A DNA stretch of 64,000 nucleotides, from the NCBI GenBank assembly GCA_951406725.2, contig OX597816.1:167090001-167154000 (forward strand), given 5' to 3'. Of the stretch, positions 37,201 through 50,400 are shown one piece after another. Below the pieces are notes generated by a model. It worked only from the letters and a program-made list of their open reading frames with translations. It was not told where the DNA came from and made no database searches. This DNA is from Octopus vulgaris. Its lineage: Eukaryota. The stretch's first letter is position 1. Every line of letters begins with the position of its first letter. Both the position numbers and the translations under genes were made by a program.

Positions 37201-38651
37201 ATTAATAAGCATGGTGCTGTCAAGTTGGTTGTGGAGCACCACCTTGGGGTGGTTGGCATTAAGAAGGGCATCCAGCCATAGAAAACTGCCAAATCAGACT
37301 GGATCCTGGCGCAGCCTTCCAGTGTGCCAGCCTAGTCAATCGTCCAACCCATGCCAGCATGGACAAAAGACGTTAAATGATGATAATGATATATATGACC
37401 TTTTGAACTTGTTTCTCCATGAAGAGGGATAAATTTGAAGCATGATCTAGAAGATAGCTTCCTGCAATGATATGTAAGCAAACAGAAGGACCAACTGTTA
37501 ACCTGTGTTATCTTGTGGTGACCTATTGGGGTGGGGGTGGGGTGTAGGGACTGTGGTAGTTGTGTGTGTAATATAGTGTTGGGAGAGGAGTTGAGGATAG
37601 TGGTGTGTGTTAGTGTGAAAGAAAGGAGGAGCTTTCTCTTGACTCCTGTTATTAACCTTTTATTATCTAGTTGTGATCTATGGTGGTGTTGTGTGTCATA
37701 AAAGAGGGGAAGAGCTGAGGGTGGCTTTGAGTGTGTGTGTGAGTAGGAGGGGAGCATACAAAGGTGGGAACGTTCTGTCTTATCTAGTCTACCCTTTACT
37801 GCATTCCTTTTAACTAATCTCCTGCATTCTGCTTCTTTGATCACCTGTCTGTCTCACTCACACACACACATGGCTTTTTTCTGCCCTTTTCTCTCTCCCT
37901 TTTCTCTCTGTCCTCTATCTCCGAATCTGTCTTTATGACTTCTGATATCTGGGGCTGGCTCCTTCAATGAAATGAGAAGTATGTTAGAAGGCTCAGATTC
38001 TCATGTAACACATACACAAAGATTATTTTCATGGACTGTGGATTTGGTGGTCTATAACAGGTGGGGGAACTTTTTAGTGTGGTGGGCAAAAATTTCCAAA
38101 GAAAAAGGTCCAGAGGTGGATCACAAGTTCTAACTCTTATACTTGTGTAAATCTCGTATATATATATATATATATATATCTGTATAATTTGATTTACATT
38201 AATAAAGATAAGTTTACCACATTAAATTAATGCGTAACAACTTCGTTAATGCCACCACTGAATTTAAGACGTTTATATTACTCATGAGGTATTCTGTATT
38301 TTTCAGCTAGAGTGTAGTTGAGTATCAAGGGGGTGATGCAATTGTGGCTGCAGGCAGGGGTTTTCCCACCCCTGGTCTATGACCTTCATAAACCCGTTTC
38401 ACACATTGGTCAGATTGATGTGGTGATGTTTAGTGACAACAACTTCAATAACTCATCTCAGTGGGAAATTGAGTGTAGAAGACAATTGTCCAGGGAGGAA
38501 GGCATGGGGACTGTCTAGCAGAAGGGCGACAACAGATAGATAGCAAGAAAGGGAGAGTCGGTTGAACTTTGGTGAAAGTAGTATGCGACTCCTTAGCTTC
38601 GAGGAGCAGAGTGGATTTGGCAGACGGAAACTGGAAGAAGCTCATTGTGTG

Positions 38652-38700
<49 letters not shown>

Positions 38701-41700
38701 GTATTTGTGTGTCTATGTTTGTCTCCCTGCCATTGCTTGACAACTGATGCTGATGTGTTTATGTTCCCCGTAACTTAGCAGTTTGGCAAAAGATACTGAT
38801 AGGATAAGCACTAGGTTTACAAAGAATAAGTCCTGGGATTGATTTCTTTGACTAATACTCTTTAAGGCGGTGCTGCAGCATGGCCACAGTCAAATGACTG
38901 AAACAAGTAAAAGAATAAAAAACATATATATATATATGATATGATTGTATAGAGTACTTTCATCTCTTTCTTTGTGACTTGCTAGAAATAGCAATCAAAT
39001 ATCATTCACACCACTACTGCTTGGAAGAATTCACATAACTACTTGGGACAGTTCTATAGTGCAACACACACCACTCCTCTTTAGTCATCTCTTATTTCAT
39101 GTCTCAGACCCTTAGATCAAATCTCTCCACTTCTTAATATGCTTCCTTGGTCTTCCTATTTCATTGTTTTCATATCTTTCTGATTTTTAAGTTAAGTTAA
39201 TTTTTTGGCTCGTCCCCCTCCCCCTTCTCTTTCTGGGGAGGAGGGATAGTAAACTAAGTACCTGTAAGATACTTTGTTTCTTTGTAGATCTATATTGCTT
39301 CTCCCCACCCCACCATTTTTATTGTACCTAAAGTAAAAGAGTTCACTGTTTAGTGTCATCTGGGGGTGGGAGTGGTGTCAGTCACACAATTGTTAGAGTA
39401 CAGTATAAGGTGAAGATGAGTGCAGAAATGTGTGTGGGAGTGTGTATGTATGTATATATATATATATTTATATATCCTTTTTTATTTGTTTCAGTCATTT
39501 GACTGCGGCCATGCTGGAGCACCGCCTTCAGTTGAACAGATTGATCCCAGGGCTTATTCTTTGTAAGCCTAGTACTTTATTGGCCTCTTTTGCCAAACCG
39601 CTAAGTTATGGGGACATAAACACACCAACATTGGTTGTCAAGCGATGGTGGGGGGACAAACACAAACACATGCACACACACACGTGTGTGTGTGTGTGTG
39701 CATGACTGAAACAAGTAAAAGAGTATATTTAGGAAGGGCATCCAGCCATAGGAACCATGCCAGATCAGACTGGAACTTGGTGCAGCTCTCTGGCTTATGA
39801 GTTCTAGTCAAACCATCTGATCCATACCAGCATGGAAAGCAGATGCTAAATGATAATGATGATGATGATGATATATATATATATATGTGTATATATGTTT
39901 CACATATTTGTGTGTGTGTGTGTATGTGTGCGATTATATATAAAATCGTGTGTGCACATGCATGCACGCACGCGCACACATAAAATAGGGTTTGCCACAT
40001 ATGGCAGATTTATGGCTATTGTGCATTGTGAGATTGAACAGGTGAGGTGTAAGGTGTAGTAGCAGCAGCAGCTATGAAAGGGGCCCAAAGTGTAAGGTAG
40101 GATAAATGAATGATGGGGCGGGGCGTGGTTTTTCCTGCGTACTGGTGTGGCCTGCTGTTTTATTACTGGACATCAAAAGATTTGATTTATTTGACCAGTG
40201 GAGGAGTGAAATAATTCACTTTTGGTCATGCCCCCTTATTAAATATTTATATTTTATGTCAAAACACAGAATTATCAAAGCTTTAAAGGCAGTTTATAAA
40301 CTGGGTTTTTTGAATAAATTATTGTGGCTGTTGTTATAGTTGTTTAACCCTGGGTCGGCTCTGATCTCACAGACCTATTATAACCATGATCATCCAGTCT
40401 TATTTAAATAGTGAATCTTGGATTACATTATCAAATCTTTTTATCTTTTATTTATTTTTTGCTTCAGCCATTAGACTGTGGCCATGCTGGGGTACTGTTT
40501 TGAATAATTCTACTTGTACGAATCGACCCCAGTACTTTTTTTTTAATGCCTTGTATTTATTCTATTGGTATCTTTTGTGGGCCTGTTAGGACACCAACAC
40601 TGGTTGTTAAGTTGTGATGGGGGACAAACACCCATACACACACAATGGGCTTCTTTCAGTTTCCGTCTACCAAATCCACTCAAGGCTTTGGTCATCCTGA
40701 AGCTATAATAGAAGACGCTCAGCCAAAGTGCCATGCAGTGGGACTGAACCTGGAACTATGTAGTTGGGCAATAAACTTTTTACTGCAGGGCCATGCTTGT
40801 GAACTTCCTTTTTTTGTGTTGGTTAACCCCCTCAACCAGACAGACATCATAATTGTCATGTTTTAATGTTGACTTTTCCATACTGACATGGATCAGATAA
40901 AACTCATTGAAGCAGATTTTCTATGGGAAGATGCCTCTCCTGTCACTAACCCTCCATTGTTTCCAAGCCAGGCATGGTTTCATGTCAGATTGGAAACTAA
41001 CGACATTAGTTGCATGACAGTGACGCTCATTTGCACCTACCACATGAGCTGAAGAATACTGAAACAAACACACGCACGTGAAGGGCTTTCAGTTTTTGTC
41101 TACCAAATCCACTGACAAGACTTTGGTTGGCATGTCACTATAGTGGAGGACATGTGCCAAGGTGCCATGCAATGGGACTGAAGCCAAATCATGTGATTAG
41201 GAAGCAGACTTCTTAACCTCACAGCCACACTTGCACCTCATCATCACCATAATAATAATAATAATGATGATGGAAGCAGAGTGGTTGATTCCTTTTGAGC
41301 ATTGGGCCTCACGAAGGCAAAGTGGGTGAGTTCCTTCTGAGTGTTGGGTCTTCCAGAGGTAAAGTGACTGAATTCCTTTTGAGTGTTTGGCTTCACGGAG
41401 GCAATGATCAAGACCTTTGTGCTTGAGAAGAAGACCCATCAATCTGAGCAAAGTCGCAGTTGTGGAAGTGCTGGTGGCACGTAAAAGCGCCCATTACACT
41501 CTCGGAGTGGTTGGCGTTAGGAAGGGCATCCAACCATAGAGAACTATGCCAAATCAGACTGTAGTCTGAAGCAGCCTTCCAGCTTACCAGCCCTGGTCAA
41601 ACAGTCCAATCCATGCCAGCATGGACAACAGACGTATATGATGATATGATGATTATTGTTATATAGACATCTGAAACAATTAACATTAAACCTTGTCTCA

Positions 41701-41788
41701 TTCTCTCTCTCTCTCTCTCTCATTCTTTGACTCACTCTCTTTCTCTCTTTTATTAACTTTAGGTTCTTGTAGCTGACTGAGAACAAAC

Positions 41789-41890
41789 ATGGGTAAACAC
41801 AAACACAAGAAGAAAAATCGAGTGATGGTTCCAAATAAGTCTGGTGTTCGGAAAACTTCTACGAAACCTGTAACTACAAATCTGAAGAAG
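41789..41890 (+). CDS. RBIS: RBIS/C8orf59-like ribosomal biogenesis factor, coding exon 1 (exon begins at 41763 with 5'UTR)
   Basis: Pyrimidine tract and AG at 41761-62. Kozak aaacATGG at 41789. Translates MGKHKHKKKNRVMVPNKSGVRKTSTKPVTTNLKK, then AAG|gtaaaa (phase 0). A basic N-terminus ending in KPVTTNLKK matches my recollection of the conserved motif of human C8orf59/RBIS. Confidence 0.85.
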
Positions 41891-43939
41891 GTAAAACAAA
41901 TCCGATCACTTTAACCCTTTTGTTATCATACTTCTGTTGAACTACACTGTTGTTGTTTCAATTAATTCTGAAAATAATGAAGAATTTAATAAAATAACTT
42001 TGTCATTATGAAGCTGATGTTTGGAAATCTAATTTAAAATGAAATTTTGATGGAAGGTTTTAATTGAGATTAATTTAAAACAGGAAGTTTGTGTCCTACA
42101 ATCAGGATCAGTCTCAGGTGGTTTGGGGTCCAAAGGGTTAATAATTCAACAAATAATGGAGGAGTTAAACAGCAGCTACATTAGCTCACTCAGACTGTGA
42201 TAACACCTCCAACACATGACAGCATGGAAAGCAGATGTAAAATGATGATGATGATGGTATCTATACTATTAGCATCACCTGTAAAGGGAATATTTAGAAT
42301 ATATCTATAATTCTAATGTCATCTATACAGTTTATATATATGTATGAGATCTATTCCATCTCAATCACAGATTTTTTAATTAATTTTTTCAACTAAATAG
42401 TTTGAAACTTCAAATACTGGTAGAATTTCACACATAGAACACAGTCTACTCTGAACATTTTGGACAAAATATTGTATTTTAGAAGTTATTTCATGTTAAC
42501 GTTGTCGTATTTGGGTAATTTCAACCAATCAATGACGTGTATTTGGTTGAAGAAAGCTACTGCTGTTTGCTATAGTAATCAGAGGAACAACTTCCGGGTC
42601 ATCTCTACTAAGTGTCACCACTCTGTTCTATTTGTATAGCAAGCAAAGATGATGTCATGTCACCTTTATCCTTTCTTCTTTTCTAGTCAGCACCATGCAT
42701 TCTTTACTCTTTCCCTCCCTTCTACACTATCATGTATGTATGTCTGTATGTAAGGCTCAAAACACTGCCCTCCCAGCTGAAGGGGTTTTTGCCTGATGAT
42801 GAATTTACTTGGTGACCCTGTCCATGCTGGTGCCATGTATAAAGCACCCAGATGCATTAGGAAGGGCATCCGAAACCATGCCAAAACAGACTATGGAACC
42901 TGGTGCAAGCTCCTGGCCTTGCTAGCTCCAGTCAGATTGTCCAACTCATGCCAGCATGGAAAATGGACGTTAAATGATATCTACACTATTAACATCATCT
43001 ATAGTGTGTGTGTGTGTGTGTATAGTAAATCCAAAAAAACAACAAAACCAAAGAACAAACAGAAAAAAACAACAACGCAAGGACGTTACAGTATTAGCAG
43101 ATGCTCATATATATATACATACATACATACACATATACATACAGTATTTCTATGTGCACTATTAGCCTTGTCTATATAGTGTATATATTTTTAATATTTA
43201 GAAATACACTATGAATGACATCTTTGGAGTGTGTAAATCTTTACCTTATATTTATCTACAGTGTTAACCTCATCTATACAGTGTATCATCTTCATATACA
43301 CCCCTGTCACTTCCACCATTTCTGCCACCACCAACATCGTCATCATTATAACCACTACCATCATCACCATCTGTTTTTTTCCCATTGCTTACATATTTGC
43401 CATACATATGTGGTGAGTAAAATATTTATTGCTTCGAACCAGACACCTCTTTCCTTCTATTCAGATCCCATAAGATATTGATTTTTTAACAATCAAAATG
43501 AATTGATCTTATCAGGCCTGATTTGAAACCTGATTGCTAACATGACTAAGCTCTACTGATACAGTGCATACAGTTGTCTCTTGTGAAGAAGCCAGGGAAT
43601 CTTAGATGAGTTTAGGAGTATCGGGTACAAACCCATGGATAATATGTCCCGCATTGTCAGTGAAGCAAATCTGAAGATCTCACCACAAGCCATGTTGAAG
43701 TTTTTGGTGAAATTAATATCTCTGATTTGTAATCCAGATTTTGTGAATGTAGAGGGGCGTGGAGAAAGAGAAAGAAATAGAGAGAGTGTGTGTGTATATC
43801 TCTTGTGAATGATCCTGGGTGTGTCTGTCTTTACTCTCTCTGTCTCTCATAAAACATATCTATACATGTATACACATATATCTGTAATTTTAGCTGTAAC
43901 AGAGAAACAGGAATTAATAACATTTATCTATTCTGTCTC

Positions 43940-43988
<49 letters not shown>

Positions 43989-44586
43989 ATAAGTGACTCT
44001 CTATTACAATAACACCAGTAACAAAACTTGTGAAGTACTGATTGTTTGTTTGATAGGGACCGTCGCGTAGAACAATTGAATTTACTCAACTCCACCCTGC
44101 TGCGGCTGTTTTTTGTTGCAAGAGAGTTTCTTTTGTTGTGGTTGCAGTTGTATTGTTCAGTGTCTCGGCAGTCTTTGTTGAAGTAGAGCTTGGCTATGAA
44201 ACCAATCTGAAGGAGATCGATAATTCCTTACCTGAAGTGGAAATGACTTGGTGCATATGTATATATATATGGACCGGTGGCAAGTAAAAAGCACCATTCA
44301 AGCGTGGCTAATACCAGTGCTGCTTAGCTGGCACATAAAAGCGCCATTCGAGCATGGTTGATGCCAGTACTGCCTGAATGGCTCCTGTGCCGGTGGCACA
44401 TAAAAGCACCTGCTACACTCTTGGAGGAGTTGGCGTTAGAAAGGGCATCAGCTGCATATACCTTGCCAAAACAGATTGGAGCCTGGTGCAGCTTCCTAGC
44501 TTGCCAGTTCTCAGTCAAACTGTCCAACCCATGCCAGCATGGAAAGCAGACGTTATCCGACGACGATGACAGTGATGATGATGATG

Positions 44587-44643
<57 letters not shown>

Positions 44644-45106
44644 GTCTGCCTTCTTACTCACCATTCCCATGGCTCAGGATCATTGCCTACTCTCTGTTCT
44701 GCTTTCCCTCTGTTACAGAGGTCACTTAAGAGCTTTAGCCTTTGTGAGACAATCATCATAAGTGTTGGTGCAATGGAAAAAGTACCCAATACATTCTGAG
44801 TTCATTACACTGCACCACATTGTGTCCTTGAGCAAGACACTTTATTTCCTGTTGCTCCAGTCTACTCAGCTGGCAAATATGAGTAGTGTCTGTATTTCAG
44901 AGACCCAGCTTTGTCACATTGTCACGCTGAATCTCCCCTGACGCTACATTAAAGGTTTGCATGTCTGTACAGTGCTCGGCCACTTTCATGTTTATTTCAT
45001 GAGCAGGCTGTTCTGTTGATCAGATCAACTGGAACACTTACCGTAACCAACAAAGTGCCAGTTATCCTTCCATACATACATAGTTACATATATGCATATA
45101 TATATA

Positions 45107-45139
<33 letters not shown>

Positions 45140-45432
45140 GACTTTAAGAGTCCCTCCTAGCGTGTGGCATCTATGTGTAATAGTGCCCTCTATATAATAT
45201 AAATAAATAAATTTAAAGGGAAAAAAATTGGTCTTTTTTTCTCTTATGAGGTTTTTCACGCTAACTACTTGATAAATTCTTATGAAGATTTTATCCTATT
45301 TTTAAATTGTATATATATATATGTATATATATAATTATCCATGCTTTTTACTAAGACTTTGTTTTGTTGAATTTACTTGAAAAGTATTTTTGTTAGAATA
45401 TGAAATTAATGTCGTTGTTCTGTTTGTTCCAG

Positions 45433-45534
45433 TTGGTCAACAAAGCCAAAACACAGACTGATTCCATGAATGAGAACATAGATGTGATGCGTTCCATTAT
45501 GCTGCAACAAAAGACAGAAACACTGAAGCCAAAG
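45433..45534 (+). CDS. RBIS: RBIS-like coding exon 2
   Basis: tgtttgttccag| acceptor. 102 nt open in phase 0: LVNKAKTQTDSMNENIDVMRSIMLQQKTETLKPK. Donor AAG|gtgaga. Confidence 0.85.
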
Positions 45535-45869
45535 GTGAGAAAATACTTTCAATGTTAGTCAGAATCTTGAATCTTAGTTGAAGTTGTAACAGAACTAATG
45601 CCTTCAGATTCTACATAGAAGTGATATCTTGGAGTTATAGACACAGGTGGTCTCTTGGGGTTACACACAGGTGTTTTGGGGTTAAACACACAGGTGGTAT
45701 CTCAGGGTTATAGACACAAGCAGTGTCTTGGGACTGTGCAAATGGGTGAATTGAGGTTAAGCATGCAGCTGGTGTCTTGGGAGGGTATCCACAGCTGATG
45801 TCTTGGGTATTGACAGGTGATATTTTGTGACTGTACACTCATCTTGAGATGGTACACCCTGGTGCTTAA

Positions 45870-46536
45870 GGCAAGACTAATACCTCAGGTTTCATATAGC
45901 AAAATCTCAGAAATTCACTAAAATGTGGATATTGTCCTTGTGTAGTTGGGCATTGTTGCAAAATTAACCATTTTCATTTCTTTTTTTGTGTTTTTCTCAA
46001 AATGATATTTCTGACTATGAATAGCAATCTTTAGGTCATGATATCTCCGAGAATAATTGGCTGAAATTTTGCATGTGTATTACTTTTATACTTGCTTAGA
46101 TGCTGTTCTAGTGTGATTAGAACTACTTCATTTGTTCTTCTTTCAGAGACACTTAAATGCTACTACCCAGGGGTTACAAACGCTTGAATTGCTGCATATG
46201 GCTACGAGCGACCCCACAACAAAATCTAGGCCAACTTCATCAATGTCTTTGATTCAGCATCTAGTCTGTACCCCAATCTGTTGGCATTCCAAGTTAGAGC
46301 ATATTATCTTTGATAGTTTGGTAGAAAAATTGATCTAAAATAAACCTAGTTGGTCATTTTGAATTTATTATTAGGTCATGAATAGATAATGTGGAAATTT
46401 GAATATTATGTTTCTTCATAGAACTAACATTGTTCTTGATGTAGGCCATATTTGCTTTGCCTGGGTTTTATTCCCGCTGAGTGAGAGCATCTTCAATTTA
46501 GGTGTGTTTTCCTATGTCTGAGGTGTTAGTCTTGCC
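45870..46536. mobile_element. Kolobok-like non-autonomous DNA transposon in RBIS intron 2
   Basis: TTAA TSD (45866-69, 46537-40) and 19-nt TIRs GGCAAGACTAAYACCTCAG (18/19). RR termini with TTAA are the Kolobok signature. Confidence 0.8.
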
Positions 46537-46831
46537 TTAAGGCTATATACTTGGGTAGTTGTCTCAGATGTGTACAACCAGCTCACATCTTGAGTATTAT
46601 TTTAGGAATGAACAGTTAGCTCCTAAGGTGTGTACAGCTAATTCACAACTTAGAACACTTGGATGGTATCTCACTGCTGTACTTCAACCAAATGTCACCA
46701 TACACACAGAAAATTAAAACTTGTAACAAGTGAGGTGAGAGCTAAATTCTAAAATGATTTAAGAATTTGCAGTATTTGAATGTTACCGTTATCAGTGATT
46801 CAAAGTCTCTTTGTATTTGTATTTCTGCCAG

Positions 46832-46921
46832 GTTGTATCTCCTCCAGTACAGACGACCCATACCTCTGATAAAGAAATTGAGGAAGTTGAGAATATGATG
46901 AATGGCATCTTACAGTCATGA
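46832..46921 (+). CDS. RBIS: RBIS-like coding exon 3 (stop codon)
   Basis: atttctgccag| acceptor. Phase 0: VVSPPVQTTHTSDKEIEEVENMMNGILQS*. The spliced protein is 97 aa, close to the ~100 aa of human RBIS. Confidence 0.8.
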   Translation, partial: VVSPPVQTTHTSDKEIEEVENMMNGILQS

Positions 46922-47114
46922 CAAAGTAAGGTTACCTTTGTTTTTTTATCTGTTCCATTTGACCTAAATTTTTCTCTGCCTTTCAAGTAGAGAATGTTCC
47001 AAATTTTAAATGAATTAATTATAATGGACATTATAGCATTCAATTCATGATAGAAAAAGAACTGTAACAGGCCCACTGTATCCGCATCTGAGGAAATGCT
47101 CCAAATAAGTAAAT

Positions 47115-47953
47115 AAGAGTGAAAGGCAGATTGTTTGATTCCTGTGTACAAATTGCTATGCTGCATGGTAGTGAAACATGTGCTGTGACCACCAAAGACA
47201 TGCGTAGGCTTGAAAGAAATGAAGCCAGTATGCTTTGCTGGATATGCAATGTCAGTGTGCATGTTTGACAGAGTGTAAGCATCTTGAGAGAAAAGTTAGG
47301 CATAATAGGAATCAGATGTGGTGTGTAAGAGAGATGACTGCACTGGTATGGTCATGTGATGCATATGGATGAAGGCAGCTGTGTAAAGAAGTACTGATCT
47401 TTAACTGTGGAGGGAACCTGTGGTAGAGGTAGACCCAGGAAGACATGGGATGAGGTGGTGAAGCTTGATCTTCAAACGTAAAGCCTCACAGAGGCAATGA
47501 CTAGTGACCGAGAGACATTTGGTGATGTACTGTGCTTGAGAGGACCCGTCAAGCCAAGTGCACCCATGCTGGTGGCATGAAAAGAGCATCTTTTGAATGT
47601 TGGGCTTCATGGAGGCAAAGTGGCTGAGTTCCTTTCAAGTGTTGGGCCTCATGGAGGCAATGATCAAGACCTTTGACATTGTCATGCTTGAGAAGACGAC
47701 CCATCAAGCTGAGCAAAATTGCAGTTGTGGCAAATACTGGTGTCATGCAAATTGGCATCGTGCTGGTAGCACATAAAAACACCCCAGTGTCACACAACTG
47801 GCACCCTTGCTGGTGGCAAGTAAAAGCACTCATTACACTCTTGGAGTGGTTGGCATTAGGAAGGGCATCCAGTTGTAGAAATCATGCCAAATCAGACTGG
47901 AGTCTTGTGCAGTCTGCCAGCATGGACAATGGATGTTAAATGATGTTGATGAT
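47115..47953 (+). mobile_element. RTE LINE 3' portion (decayed RT C-terminus) continuous with a modular 3'UTR and (GAT)n tail
   Basis: RVKGRLFDSCVQIAMLHGSETCAV...RRLERNEASMLCW...LHWYGHVMHMDE...VEGTCGRGRPRKTWDEVVK, with several in-frame stops. Confidence 0.9.
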
Positions 47954-50029
47954 AGTATTGCAAAGTAATAGTTTTGTTTGTTTCTTTTCCGAAGTGTGGA
48001 GAATTGGTGGAACTATATTACTGTAGGACAGTATTGTGTAAGGCTCAAGTATGGCTGTGTGGTTAAGAGGTTTGCTTCCCAAACACATGGTTTGGGGTTC
48101 AGTTCCACTGTGTAACTGCTTGGGCAAGTGTTTTCTACTCTGGTCTGAGGACATCCAATGCCATGTGAGTGAATTTGGTGGATGGAAACTGGAAGGTTGT
48201 ATGTCGTAAGTTTGTGTGTCTCCTTTACTATCATCTGCTAATTTTAAACAAATTCACTGTTCATATCAGTTGTGACTTGTTTGCAGTCGTCTGTGAAAAT
48301 ATGTGCAGACTAAAGGAAAATGTTAGATTGCTTGGAAAGAGGTGAGGGTTTGCAACAGGAAGAATGTCCAGCTATAGAAAATCTGCCTTAACGAATCCTG
48401 TCTAACCCAAGCAAGCATGGAAAAGTGGACATTAATAAAAATGAGATGTCTTTTATTAAGTAGATGGTCAGTAATGGAAGGGCATACTTACCCACTGGTA
48501 CATAGCAGGATAATGGACACGGTCATTATAACTTAAAAGAGAGAGAGAGATCTAACTTAATATTGCTGTGTATTGTCTTGTTTTCTATTGTTTCTGCCAA
48601 TTTCATTTCTCTGCTTTGAAATATTGTAGTCCATATTTTAACTCCTTTCTTACCATATTTCTGTTGAAATCCACTGCCTCAGTTGTGGTTAATTTTGAAA
48701 ATGATAAAGAATTTAGTAAAAATAACTTTCATTATTAAACTGGTGTTTAGAACATAAATTGATGTGGAATTTTGGAAAAAGGTTTTAATTTAGATCACTT
48801 CAACTTTTTGTTGCCATATTTCTGTTAAAACATGCCTTTGTTTCAAATAATTTTCAAAATAATGGAGTTCATCATTTAATTGTTTAACGTCTGCTTTCCA
48901 TGCTAGCATGGATTGGACGATTTTGACTGAGGGCTGGTGAACCAGATGGCTGCACCAGGCTCCGATCTTGATCTGGCAGAGTTTCTACAGCTGGATGCCC
49001 TTCCTAATGCCAACCACTCTGAGAGTGTAGTGGGTGCTTTTTACGTGCCACTGGCACAGGGGCCAGTCAGGCGGTACTGGCAATACCTCGCTCAAATCTT
49101 TTTTTACAGGTGCCAGTGAAGCGACATTGGTAGCGATCACGCTTGAATGGTGCCCTTTTACGTGCCACCAGCACAGAAGCCAGTTGGCTGCTCTGGCAAT
49201 GATCATGCTCGGATAGTGCTCTTGGCACCCTACTAACACAGGCATAAGTGCCAGTAAGGCGACGCTGGTAACGATCATACTCGAATAGCCGCTCTGTCAA
49301 CGATCACACTCGTATGGTGCTCTTTGCACCCCGCTAGCACGGATGCCAGTCATCGAGTGTTTATTAAATTAACTTTGTAAATTGTTTGATGTTTGGAACA
49401 TAAGTTAACTTAAAATTTTGATGAAAAATTTCAACTTCAGTCATTTTAAAAACTGCAAGTTTATATCATAAAGCCATAGTAGTCTCAAGTGGGTTGGTAT
49501 GAAAAGGGTTAAACGATAGCCCTTTATTCTTTTCATATCTCTTAAGAAAATATTAAAAAAGGATATGTCTTCTTCAGCATAGAAACATCAGATAGTTTCC
49601 TTTTTGAAAGATTGAGGAAAACAATTTAAAACAATATTTCATATTTTCTGCAGTTTTCGGTTTTATTTTTACTGTGAAAAGTATTGTACGAAATATCACC
49701 ACACCCTACTTAAATAAAGTCACATTTGCTGTTCTTCTGTTCTCTTGGTGATGCCACAAATTATTCCTTTATCAATTCTGTTCTATTTTGACTTCACAGC
49801 AATTCTTATTTAAGCATTTGGTCCAACATCTGTTGTGTACATTGTCTGTAAATGCAAGTTTTATATAAATATATGACACACAAGGGAATTATGACAACTA
49901 TCTGAGTTTAGTTATTATCAGTATGATGTTTGCTAACATAAGTAATAAAATGGAGGTTTGTGTGTGTGAGTACACAGTAAAATGAAGTACAATTTGTGGT
50001 TTAAAAAAATGAACCTTAGTTCAAAAATA

Positions 50030-50400
50030 AGATTGAGATTTTAAGTCAGGGACTTTGGGGCCATAGAAATGTTTCAGCTCTTAAGGGTTTTAAGATATCA
50101 GAAGTGTTATGTGAGGGCTTTTGATTTCATACACAGGATTGAGGTTTTGAATGTGGACCTTTGAAACAACTGATTATATGGAAGTTTTAAGTGAAGGGCC
50201 TTGAGGCAACAGAGATGATTGTGGTTGTGAATGAGAGGCTTTATGACTATAAAAAGAATCTGGGTTGTAAATGAGAGCCTTTGAGACAACTGAAATGATT
50301 GAGATTTTAAGAGAAGATTGAGGTTTTATGTGAGGGCTTTTGAGATAATAAAGAGGAATATTGATATTTTAAGTGAGATATTTTGAGATCTGAGAGACTA
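50030..50400. repeat. Degenerate tandem repeat, ~36-38-nt unit
   Basis: Recurrent gattgaggttttaagtgagggctttgagacaac-like units. Confidence 0.6.

Noticed and set aside
43578-43678. Possible intronic C/D snoRNA (GTGAAGA...CTGA) in RBIS intron 1
   Set aside because: Non-consensus C box, only a 3-bp terminal stem and no rRNA/snRNA antisense element I could recognise. snoscan or Infernal would be decisive.
47040-47100. ATGATAG...CTGA with agcatt/aatgct flanks as a snoRNA
   Set aside because: Too short (~45 nt between boxes) and a poor C box.
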